IMG/VR virus record: IMGVR_UViG_3300042509_002293
Span: 32,080-96,079 of that record
Direction: 5' to 3' (one strand)
From: a virus
Length of the DNA stretch: 64,000 nt
Part shown: positions 45,691-53,372 of the stretch, one piece after another
Position numbering within the stretch: the stretch's first letter is position 1
How the letters are laid out: every line of letters starts with the position of its first letter
Notes under the pieces: model-generated
What the model was told of the DNA's origin: nothing
Seen by the model: the letters and a program-made list of their open reading frames with translations, nothing else
Databases searched by the model: none
Translations under genes and position numbers: made by a program

Positions 45691-46182
45691 ATGCCGGAAA
45701 TTCTCGACAACTGGACCGTCGCCCAGGCTTGGCAGCACGTCTACGGCGACCGCCCGAGGCCCGAGGCCAGCGACGTCCCGGACGACATGCTCTGCGAGAC
45801 GGACGGCGTGATCGCGTCCTACATGGGCGACGAGACTACCGAGGGTCGCAGGAAGGCCGCCGCCGCCCTCCTCTACCTCTGGCCTCGACTCGTGTCGTGC
45901 CCGCTGTGTCCTGGCCCGTCTGAGAACAGGCAGCGGTACGTCGCGACCGCTGTGGTCGAGTGCGTGAGCGAGTACAGGGGCGAGTACGAGAACGTGTCCA
46001 CCCAGGACGAGTGTCGAATCACGCTCGCCCTCGCCGAGTGGAATCTGGCGAGCATCACGCCGCACTGCTGGGGGATCATCTGGGACGCGATGGGCACGTC
46101 CGGGGTGAACACCCGCAACAAGCTGCTGTGGGACTTTTACAAGCACGCCGAGAAGGTCGTCTTTTTCTCAGAATTGGAGTGA
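45691..46182 (+). CDS. Hypothetical protein
   Basis: 163 aa, preceded by TTGACA-16-TACGAT (45630-45657). Confidence 0.65.
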   Translation: MPEILDNWTVAQAWQHVYGDRPRPEASDVPDDMLCETDGVIASYMGDETTEGRRKAAAALLYLWPRLVSCPLCPGPSENRQRYVATAVVECVSEYRGEYENVSTQDECRITLALAEWNLASITPHCWGIIWDAMGTSGVNTRNKLLWDFYKHAEKVVFFSELE

Positions 46183-46185
46183 CTC

Positions 46186-46653
46186 ATGCCCGCCGGCAAT
46201 TCTCAGATCGTCAAGATTCTCCAGTCGTCCCTCGCCCTCCACTGGTCTGCCATCGAGGCCTACACGCTCCAGTCGCGTCATTACTCGACCTGGGGCTACC
46301 CGAAGCTCGCCGAGAAGTACGCCGGCGACGCCGAGGAGGAGCGGCAGCACGTCCACAAGATCGCCGACCGCCTGGAGTTCTTTGACGAGACTCCGACGGC
46401 GATGCACGAGTCTGTGGAGTGGCCCCGCCACGACTTCGCCGCCGCCCTCGACGTCAACTACGACCTGGAGCAGTCGGCGGCGAACATCGAGCGTGGCGGC
46501 TACTCGATGGCCGTCGAGCTTGGAGACGCAGTCACCGCCGAGCTTTTCAAGGACCTGTTGTCCGACAGCGAGGCCTCGCTCATCGAGATCGAAGCCATTC
46601 GCGAGGTCATCGACCAGATCGGACTGGACAACTACCTCGCGAATCAGGCCTGA
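46186..46653 (+). CDS. bfr: Bacterioferritin-like protein (degenerate metal ligands)
   Basis: Colinear with Bfr from N-terminus (GNSQIVKIL..WGY.KL..EERQH) to C-terminus (IGLDNYLANQ). Confidence 0.8.
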   Translation: MPAGNSQIVKILQSSLALHWSAIEAYTLQSRHYSTWGYPKLAEKYAGDAEEERQHVHKIADRLEFFDETPTAMHESVEWPRHDFAAALDVNYDLEQSAANIERGGYSMAVELGDAVTAELFKDLLSDSEASLIEIEAIREVIDQIGLDNYLANQA

Positions 46654-46655
46654 GT

Positions 46656-47396
46656 GTGTCCTGCCGAATCATCACCGGCGACTGCCTGAGTGTTCTGGCG
46701 ACGCTCAGGCCGGAAAGCGTCGACCTCGTCGTCGCCGACCCGCCGTACAACATCGGCGTCGACTACGGCCAAGGCAAGTCCGCAGATCGTCGCCCAGACT
46801 ACTGGGAATGGTGTCGCAAGTGGATCTTTCTGTGCGACCGGGCCCTGAAGCCCACGGGCTCGCTCTGGATCGTTAGCGGCCAGGAGCACGGGGCTGAGAT
46901 CGACCTGAGCCTCCAGCTACAGGGCCTCCACGTCCGCAATCGCGTGACGTGGCACGAGACGTTTGGAGTCTACTGTTCGCACAAGTTCGGGCGGACGAGT
47001 CGGCCAATCTTCTACGCGACGAAGGCCCGGAAGGGCTTCACATTCAACCGCTCGGCGGTGACGGTGCCCTCGGCTCGCCAGACAAAGTACGGCGACCGCC
47101 GGGCCGCGCCGGGCGGCAAGGTCATGGGCGACGTCTGGAAGATCAGTCGAATCTGCGGCACGTTCAAGGAACGCGTCCCAGGCGTCCCGACTCAGCTACC
47201 CGAGGAGCTTGTCCGGCGGATCGTCGAGGTGTCGAGCAATCCCGGGGACACGGTCCTCGATCCGTTCGCCGGCTCGGGGACGATCCCGGCCGTGGCGTCA
47301 GCCCTGGGGCGGAACGCGATCGGGATTGAGTTGAATCCTGAGTACGCCGAGATCGCCAAGCAACGCGTCGACCGTGTGGCGGAGGCAGTCGCGTGA
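46656..47396 (+). CDS. DNA methyltransferase (N6A/N4C, beta class)
   Basis: GDCL, DPPY, VLDPFAGSGT, GIELNPEY. Confidence 0.92.
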   Translation: MSCRIITGDCLSVLATLRPESVDLVVADPPYNIGVDYGQGKSADRRPDYWEWCRKWIFLCDRALKPTGSLWIVSGQEHGAEIDLSLQLQGLHVRNRVTWHETFGVYCSHKFGRTSRPIFYATKARKGFTFNRSAVTVPSARQTKYGDRRAAPGGKVMGDVWKISRICGTFKERVPGVPTQLPEELVRRIVEVSSNPGDTVLDPFAGSGTIPAVASALGRNAIGIELNPEYAEIAKQRVDRVAEAVA

Positions 47397-47644
47397 GTGA
47401 TGACCGCTGGATTCCGATCGTCGAGCAGTCGCCGCCCGAGAAGAAGGTTGTGGTGGTCTGCGAGACACACCACGGCGGCGTCGACAAGATTTACGCCGGC
47501 TGGCTCGCCGGCGAGCAGTGGTTCTCGTTCGATCCAGAGTCCGGCCTGGGGCGTCGCGACATTCGCGCGACTGACTTCTGGCTGTCGTTGCCGGAGTGGC
47601 CGGCTGGCGGAAACGTGGTGCGAACCATGCAGTGGCCGGCGTGA
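47393..47644 (+). CDS. DUF551-like small protein
   Basis: WIPIVEQSP...FWLSLPEWP. Confidence 0.6.
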   Translation: MSDDRWIPIVEQSPPEKKVVVVCETHHGGVDKIYAGWLAGEQWFSFDPESGLGRRDIRATDFWLSLPEWPAGGNVVRTMQWPA

Positions 47645-47708
47645 GCGTCGCTGGCATTGATCGCTTTTTTGTACGGATACGCGTGCCACACGGGCAAGGA
47701 GGCCCGCC

Positions 47709-48554
47709 ATGCCGTGGATCGTCTACGAGACGGTTAACAAGCTGAACGGCAAGAAGTACGTCGGCGTCCACAAGCAGGATGGCGATGAGTTTGATGGGTA
47801 TCTCGGGTCTGGAAAGCGCCTCATGCGCTCAATCAAAAAGCACGGCGTTGACGCATTCGAGAGGTCGACCTTGTTCTCCTTCGACGACGAAGATGCCGCC
47901 TACGACAAAGAGGCCGAGATCGTTACCGAAGAATGGTGCAGCCGGCCGGACACATACAACATCAAGGTCGGTGGATTCGGAGGTTTCCCGAACGCCGACC
48001 CGGAGTTCAGGGCGAAGGCCTCGGAGAGGTCGCGTGCGATGCACGCCGACCCGGAGTTCAGGGCTAAGAACTCGGAGAGGGCGCGTGCGATGAACGCCGA
48101 CCCGGAGTTCAGGGCGAAACACTCGGCGCGAATGCGGGCGATGAACGCCGACCCGGAGTTCAGGGCTAAGAACTCGGAGAGGGCGCGTGCGATGAACGCC
48201 GACCCGGAGTTTAAGGCGAGGAGCTCAGAGAGAGCGTCGAAGCGGATGCGTTCGATGCAAGCTGACCCGGAGTTCAGGGCTAAGAACTCGGAGAGGGCGC
48301 GTGCGATGAACGCCGACCCGGAGTTCAGGGCGAAACACTCGGCGCGAATGCGTGCGATGAACGCCGACCCGGAGTTCAGGGCGAAACACTCAGAGAGAGC
48401 CCGGGCGATGAACGCCGACCCGGAATTCAAGGCGAGGCAATTGGCTGGAGTTCGGGCATATCAACAATATCGCCGTCGCGAAAAAGCGAACTCGCTCCTT
48501 TGCATCCTCGACGCCCAGGCCACGGAAGGCCAGCCATGTCAGTCAAATCCCTAG
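47709..48554 (+). CDS. GIY-YIG (Seg-like) endonuclease with tandem repeats
   Basis: IVYETVNKLNGKKYVG, YLGSG, YNIKVGG; nine ADPEF repeats. Confidence 0.85.
   Translation: MPWIVYETVNKLNGKKYVGVHKQDGDEFDGYLGSGKRLMRSIKKHGVDAFERSTLFSFDDEDAAYDKEAEIVTEEWCSRPDTYNIKVGGFGGFPNADPEFRAKASERSRAMHADPEFRAKNSERARAMNADPEFRAKHSARMRAMNADPEFRAKNSERARAMNADPEFKARSSERASKRMRSMQADPEFRAKNSERARAMNADPEFRAKHSARMRAMNADPEFRAKHSERARAMNADPEFKARQLAGVRAYQQYRRREKANSLLCILDAQATEGQPCQSNP
47991..48437 (+). repeat. Tandem ~51-nt coding repeat, nine copies
   Basis: AACGCCGACCCGGAGTTCAGGGC...GCGATG; unit (N/H/Q)ADPEFRAKxSxRxRAM. Confidence 0.9.
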
Positions 48555-49288
48555 CAAAAAAGCACGTCCCCTACACCGACCGCCTCGACCCCCACGAGGA
48601 CCCGTTCTCCACGAACAAGGTCACGGGCCGGAGCCTCAACGTCCCGATCATCGGGACGTGCCGCCCAACGACGGTCTGTGCCACAACGTGTTACTTCGCC
48701 AAGGGACCGTCGACCTGGACGTCGAGCCTGAAGAAGCAGCACCGGCTGATGAACTCGATCAAGGACGACCCGCTCGGTGTGGCGAGCCGGATCGTGCGGT
48801 CGGCTCGCCGGAAGAAGCTCTCGTTCATCCGCTGGAACGGCGGCGGCGATCTGTTCGAGGAGATGCTCCCGTGCATCAACGCCGTGGCGGTCGCGATGCC
48901 TGACGTTCCGCAGTGGATCGTGAGCCGCATCCCGAAGCTGGCCGCCCAGGTCACGCCCAGGTCGAACGTGTACCTGCATCTCTCGATCGATCGCTCGTCC
49001 TGGGATCGGCTGGACGAGTTCAAGCGGCTCGTGCCGGCCGACCTCAACTGGTTCTGGAGCTATCAGTGCGACGAAGGCGAGACGCCGCCGTCGCCTGACG
49101 TGGCGCCGGTGATCTTCCGGAACTGCTACGACCCGCTCGGCGACGCATTGTACGGAAACGATTGCCCGCTGAATGCGGCTGAGGACATCACCGGCGTCTG
49201 CGAGGGATGCAGACGTTGCTTCGACGGAGGGGCCGTCGAAAGGGCAAAGGAATGCCGAAGTGGCTGGTCTACCAAACAACAAACCTGA
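48536..49288 (+). CDS. Phage gp88-like Cys-cluster protein
   Basis: TCRPTTVCATTCYF, IRWNGGGD, C-terminal CP..CEGCRRC. Confidence 0.6.
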   Translation: MSVKSLAKKHVPYTDRLDPHEDPFSTNKVTGRSLNVPIIGTCRPTTVCATTCYFAKGPSTWTSSLKKQHRLMNSIKDDPLGVASRIVRSARRKKLSFIRWNGGGDLFEEMLPCINAVAVAMPDVPQWIVSRIPKLAAQVTPRSNVYLHLSIDRSSWDRLDEFKRLVPADLNWFWSYQCDEGETPPSPDVAPVIFRNCYDPLGDALYGNDCPLNAAEDITGVCEGCRRCFDGGAVERAKECRSGWSTKQQT

Positions 49289-49797
49289 CTAACGGGAAAA
49301 TTTACGTCGGAGTCTGCCGGGCCGACAGAACTCGCGCGGACGGGTACCTGGGGAGCGGCACGCTGATTCGTGCTGCCGTGGAGAAGTACGGCCCCGCGAA
49401 CTTCGAGAGGACGACGCTCATTGAGTGCGAGACGGCCGACGAGGCCTACCTGATCGAGGCGGCGATTGTCGACGAGAAGTGGTGCGATCGGGAGGACACC
49501 TACAACCTGAAGACGGGCGGCATGGGCGGCCGGGGATTCGCGATGAGCGACGAGGCCAAGGAAAAGATCAGGCAGAGTCGCCTCGGGAAGCCGCACCCGC
49601 CGGAGACGAACGCCAAGATCAGCGAGTCGCTCTCAGGCAGGACGCTCACCGATGAGCATCGCAAGAACATTTCAGAGGCCATGAAGCACGCCAACCGTGG
49701 ACGACCAGTCGGCGAGGAGACTCGGAAGCTCCTCTCTGAACGCCAGAAGCAAGCTTGGAAGAGGGGTAGAAAGCCGTGGAAGGGAGATGCCACTTGA
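49252..49797 (+). CDS. GIY-YIG endonuclease with NUMOD3-like motifs
   Basis: LVYQTTNLTNGKIYVG, YLGSG, YNLKTGG; SDEAKEKIRQS, HPPETNAKISES. Confidence 0.85.
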   Translation: MPKWLVYQTTNLTNGKIYVGVCRADRTRADGYLGSGTLIRAAVEKYGPANFERTTLIECETADEAYLIEAAIVDEKWCDREDTYNLKTGGMGGRGFAMSDEAKEKIRQSRLGKPHPPETNAKISESLSGRTLTDEHRKNISEAMKHANRGRPVGEETRKLLSERQKQAWKRGRKPWKGDAT

Positions 49798-50086
49798 GTC
49801 ATCGATAACCAAGTCGATCGTGGCGTCCGCCAAGTCTCGCGGCTGGTGGACGTTCAAGATCGCCGGAGGACCGATGCAGACGGCCGGGATCCCGGACCTC
49901 CTCGCCGTGAAGTCAGGCCGGGCGGTTTTCCTGGAGGTCAAGCAGCCTGGGAAGAAGCCCTCTCCGCTCCAGGAGCAGAGGATTCACGAGATCCGGACGA
50001 TAGGCGGCGCGAGGGCCGAGGTTGTGACGAGCAGGGCCGAGGCAGAAAGGATTCTCGACGATGAAGATCACACTGGCGTGGCATGA
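49787..50086 (+). CDS. VRR-NUC nuclease
   Basis: ESSI, GIPDL, FLEVKQPG, SPLQ. Confidence 0.85.
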   Translation: MPLESSITKSIVASAKSRGWWTFKIAGGPMQTAGIPDLLAVKSGRAVFLEVKQPGKKPSPLQEQRIHEIRTIGGARAEVVTSRAEAERILDDEDHTGVA

Positions 50087-50519
50087 GGCGGCAATGGGCT
50101 CGGACGTCGGCCGGATGCGGCATCTCGCCAGCATCAAGGCCGGCCTCCAGGACGCCCACGGCCTGAAGACTGCCGGCTGGAGCGAGCACATCGAGGGCGC
50201 CTGCGGCGAGATGGCGGCGGCCAAGGCCCTCGGCATCTACTGGGACGGCAGCATCAACTCGTTCTCGCGAGACGACCTCCCCGGGCTCCAGGTCCGAACT
50301 CGGAGCCAGGACCACTACGACCTGATCGTGAGGCCATCGGACTCCGACGACTCGACCTTTCTGCTCGTGACCGGCAGGTGTCCGCACTACACGGTGCATG
50401 GCTGGATCAAGGCAGCGGACGCCAAGAGGCCGGAGTATGAGCAGGCTCACGGCGGGCGGACGCCAGCGTACTTCGTCCCCCGGGATGCCCTGCATAGTCT
50501 GGACACACTAAGGAGATGA
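50061..50519 (+). CDS. Hypothetical protein (possible PD-(D/E)xK-like)
   Basis: GACGEMAAAK, D..QVRT, HGWI, AYFVP. Confidence 0.65.
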   Translation: MKITLAWHEAAMGSDVGRMRHLASIKAGLQDAHGLKTAGWSEHIEGACGEMAAAKALGIYWDGSINSFSRDDLPGLQVRTRSQDHYDLIVRPSDSDDSTFLLVTGRCPHYTVHGWIKAADAKRPEYEQAHGGRTPAYFVPRDALHSLDTLRR

Positions 50520-50899
50520 CCCGTGGGTTGCATGACGTCGAGGCCGTGGCCTCCGGATCCGAAGAATCAGCCGATCGTCAAGTGTCAGAAAAGGCTCGTG
50601 GTCCAGGACGGGAGAATCACATGGAAGTTGGTGAAGGTGCCCGCTGGTGGCGAGAGGAAATCGCCGACCTGAACCCCGAGGCCCTGCTGGCCGACGGGTT
50701 CGAGGACGCCGTGATTGGGTACAGCCTCAACCAGCATCACGCCCAGGTCGTGGTCTACGACTACGAGAAGTGCGTCCGGATCCTCATGGGCTCGCACGGC
50801 ATGTCGGACGAGGACGCGAGGGAGTATCTGTGCTTCAACACGCTCTCGGCCTACGTCGGGGAGCACGGACCGCTGTTCGTCGCCACCAGGACGGCTTGA
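50516..50899 (+). CDS. Conserved phage hypothetical protein
   Basis: ADGFEDAVIG..VYD..DAREY..FNTLSAYVGEHGP; start may be 50621. Confidence 0.7.
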   Translation: MTRGLHDVEAVASGSEESADRQVSEKARGPGRENHMEVGEGARWWREEIADLNPEALLADGFEDAVIGYSLNQHHAQVVVYDYEKCVRILMGSHGMSDEDAREYLCFNTLSAYVGEHGPLFVATRTA

Positions 50900-50923
50900 C
50901 AAAAGGACGGATACGAGTACATT
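50896..50923 (+). promoter_or_regulatory. Promoter related to the one at 19039
   Basis: TTGACA-AAAGGACGGATACGAG-TACATT; shares ACGGATACGAGTACA with the 19039 promoter. Confidence 0.6.
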
Positions 50924-50933
50924 CTTTCGTCGC

Positions 50934-51353
50934 ATGGATGCCATCGTCACCAACGTCGCCAGCCTCTCGCCGCTGGATTCGCAGGAGATCGTCAGCCTGC
51001 TGTCCAACTCGGGATCCGACTTCCAGGCCGAAGTCGCTGGGGGGCGTTCCTCGCGTCCCGTCGCGATCGTCAGGAACGCCGAGGCCAGGGTTGCCGGCTG
51101 GGCGAACACAGACCGCTGGGAGGGCTTGCAGACCCTGGAGTGCTACACCCGCAGCGACATGCGTCGCCGGGGTATTGCCAGGGCCGCCGCTGCCCTGCTC
51201 GTGGCGGACGGTCGCATTGATCCGCGAGAGTGTGTGGCCGTCTTCGAGCCAGAGTGCGTGAAGCTTGCCGAGAGTGTCGGCTGCCGTGACGTTCGCCTTT
51301 ACGAACTTCGCGGGGATGAGTGGGTCCTAGTTCAAGGAGGAACGACGACATGA
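50934..51353 (+). CDS. GNAT-family acetyltransferase
   Basis: CYTRSDMRRRGIARAA acetyl-CoA-binding loop. Confidence 0.7.
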   Translation: MDAIVTNVASLSPLDSQEIVSLLSNSGSDFQAEVAGGRSSRPVAIVRNAEARVAGWANTDRWEGLQTLECYTRSDMRRRGIARAAAALLVADGRIDPRECVAVFEPECVKLAESVGCRDVRLYELRGDEWVLVQGGTTT

Positions 51354-51745
51354 GAAGCTTGGTTCTCTTTCTGTGTCTTTCGCTCACGGCCACGGCGGCC
51401 GAGACCTGCACGGCCCTCAACGAGGCCGAGTCGATCGTGCTGTCTGAGACGAATTCGGCCAGGGCCAGGATCGGACTCCCGGGCCTCGTGGTCGACTGCC
51501 GGCTCATGGCGGCGGCTCGCCGGCATGCCCGTCGTCTGGCTCAGTCTGGATCGCTCTACCACTCGCAGGGCGTGGCCGAGAACGTCGCCTCCGGCCAGCC
51601 TGACGGGTTCGACGCCGTGGCCTCGTGGATGGCCTCGTCGGGCCACCGTGCCAACATTCTCAACAGGTCCCACCGTCGAGTCGGCGTGGCCGGGTTCGTC
51701 GGCCCCGACGGCCGCCATTACTGGGTGCAGCAGTTCGCACCCTGA
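51350..51745 (+). CDS. Secreted CAP/SCP-domain protein
   Basis: Signal peptide; N..R, AARRHA, AENVA, WMASSGHRANIL, YWVQQF. Confidence 0.88.
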   Translation: MRSLVLFLCLSLTATAAETCTALNEAESIVLSETNSARARIGLPGLVVDCRLMAAARRHARRLAQSGSLYHSQGVAENVASGQPDGFDAVASWMASSGHRANILNRSHRRVGVAGFVGPDGRHYWVQQFAP

Positions 51746-51857
51746 TCGTCCCCTCCGGTGGTTCCGTTGCTCCCGATCGCTGGGTAGGCGGTCGGGGGCG
51801 ACGGGCCATCGGGAGATCCGAGGAATCACATGCTCAACTGGCTGAGGAGCTTTTTTC

Positions 51858-52139
51858 GTGAAGACGATTCGCAGGTCAGAGTTCGCGATTCTCTGGGAGA
51901 CTCAGGAGACGGTGGAGATCGCGAAGGAGTACGAGATCACCGTCAACCAAGTGTGGGATCTGGCGAAGGGGTTCAAGCTGGGCCCAAAGCCGTGGGCAAA
52001 GGAAAACAGGCCAAGCCCCGAAGAAATCAGGGAGAGGGCAGCAGAGGTTCGGTCAAGGTGGACCGAGCAGGAAATGGAAAAGCGGTTCGTGGGAGCCGTC
52101 GCGTGGACTCCTCCTCTCGCCGGAAGGGCAAAGGCCTGA
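51858..52139 (+). CDS. GcrA-like HTH protein
   Basis: FAILW..EIAKEY...KLGPK..PSPEEIRERAAEVRSRW; similar to 54222-54614. Confidence 0.6.
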   Translation: MKTIRRSEFAILWETQETVEIAKEYEITVNQVWDLAKGFKLGPKPWAKENRPSPEEIRERAAEVRSRWTEQEMEKRFVGAVAWTPPLAGRAKA

Positions 52140-52140
52140 A

Positions 52141-52728
52141 ATGAAATGCCCTGAATACTGGCTCTCGTTCGCCGTCTCGGAAGCTCTGCCCAAGAGGCGG
52201 GCCCTGGCGGCCGACATCGGCGCCAACGTCGGATCGTGGTCCGAGGCAATGTCGACAGAGTTCCAGGCCGTCGTGGCAGCGGAGCCTGACCCCCGGGCCT
52301 ACAACCAGATCCCGGACCTCCCGAACGTGACCGTCGAGAGGGTCGCGGTGGGCGAGGAGCCCGGCGAGGCGGAGTTCTTCCTGCACGAGTCCCCGGGCCA
52401 CAACTCGCTCCTGCCCTCGCATCCGATCGGCGGCGAAGGCGGCGCCAAGATAGAGCCCGTCGCCACGACGGACGTGCAGGTGGTCACACTCGACCAGCTA
52501 CTCCCTGCCGGAGCCGACTTCGTGAAGATCGACATCGAGGGCGGCGAGGTCGCCGCCCTGCGTGGGTGCAAGCGGCTCGATAGCTGGAAGCACGCCGTGT
52601 TTCTGGTCGAGTGTCACGACACTTTCGACGCGGTGGCTGTCGAGTTGCAGAGACTCGGGAAGAGCGTCCGCCGTCTGCCGCACCCATTCCCAGGCCACCC
52701 CGGCCACTGCTGGGCCATCGGAACGTGA
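52141..52728 (+). CDS. FkbM-family methyltransferase
   Basis: DIGANVG, EP, TLD, FVKIDIEGGE, VECH. Confidence 0.88.
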   Translation: MKCPEYWLSFAVSEALPKRRALAADIGANVGSWSEAMSTEFQAVVAAEPDPRAYNQIPDLPNVTVERVAVGEEPGEAEFFLHESPGHNSLLPSHPIGGEGGAKIEPVATTDVQVVTLDQLLPAGADFVKIDIEGGEVAALRGCKRLDSWKHAVFLVECHDTFDAVAVELQRLGKSVRRLPHPFPGHPGHCWAIGT

Positions 52729-53372
52729 TCCTCGTCGTCCAGAGCTACGAGACTGGACAGCCCGAGAGAGACGGCGAGATCGCCCGGTGTATCGAGGGGA
52801 ACTCGCGAATCTTCGATCGCGTCATTGCACTCGACGGCAACTCGACGCGGTGGACGTTCGGCGAACTGGCCTCCATCTGCCGCAATCAGGCGAGCCCCGG
52901 CGACGTGTGTGTGGTGGCCAACTCAGACATCCTGTTCGACGAGACGATCGAGCTTGCCGAGGGTGTGCTCGATCGCTGCGACCTGATCTCGCTCACGAGG
53001 TGGGAGTCGCCCTCGGGGCCGAGGATGATCGGGCACGTCATCGACGACCTGCTCTTCTCTGGCTCCCAGGACTCCTGGATCTTCCGAGCCGGCGGGCTGC
53101 CGGAGGTCGAACTGTCGATCCCGCTGGGTGACGTCGGCTGCGATCAGGTGATTGCCGGCTGGGCGGTGTCGCAAGGGCTCCGCGTGTCAGATCCAGCACT
53201 CTCGATCCGGACTTGGCACCACCACGCCGACCGGTCTCGGGCGGATCGTCCGATCTTGGGAGGCAGGTACGGGTATCCGGAACTCACCACGACACACCTG
53301 ACAGGCCGAGTCTTCTGCCACGACTGGACCGGGGGCGGATACGAAAACGCTGAAGTATGCAGATCCAACTGA
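52725..53372 (+). CDS. Putative glycosyltransferase
   Basis: VVANSDILFD (DxD-like), SLTRWE, SQDSWIF, GCD, HHH. Confidence 0.6.
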   Translation: MILVVQSYETGQPERDGEIARCIEGNSRIFDRVIALDGNSTRWTFGELASICRNQASPGDVCVVANSDILFDETIELAEGVLDRCDLISLTRWESPSGPRMIGHVIDDLLFSGSQDSWIFRAGGLPEVELSIPLGDVGCDQVIAGWAVSQGLRVSDPALSIRTWHHHADRSRADRPILGGRYGYPELTTTHLTGRVFCHDWTGGGYENAEVCRSN

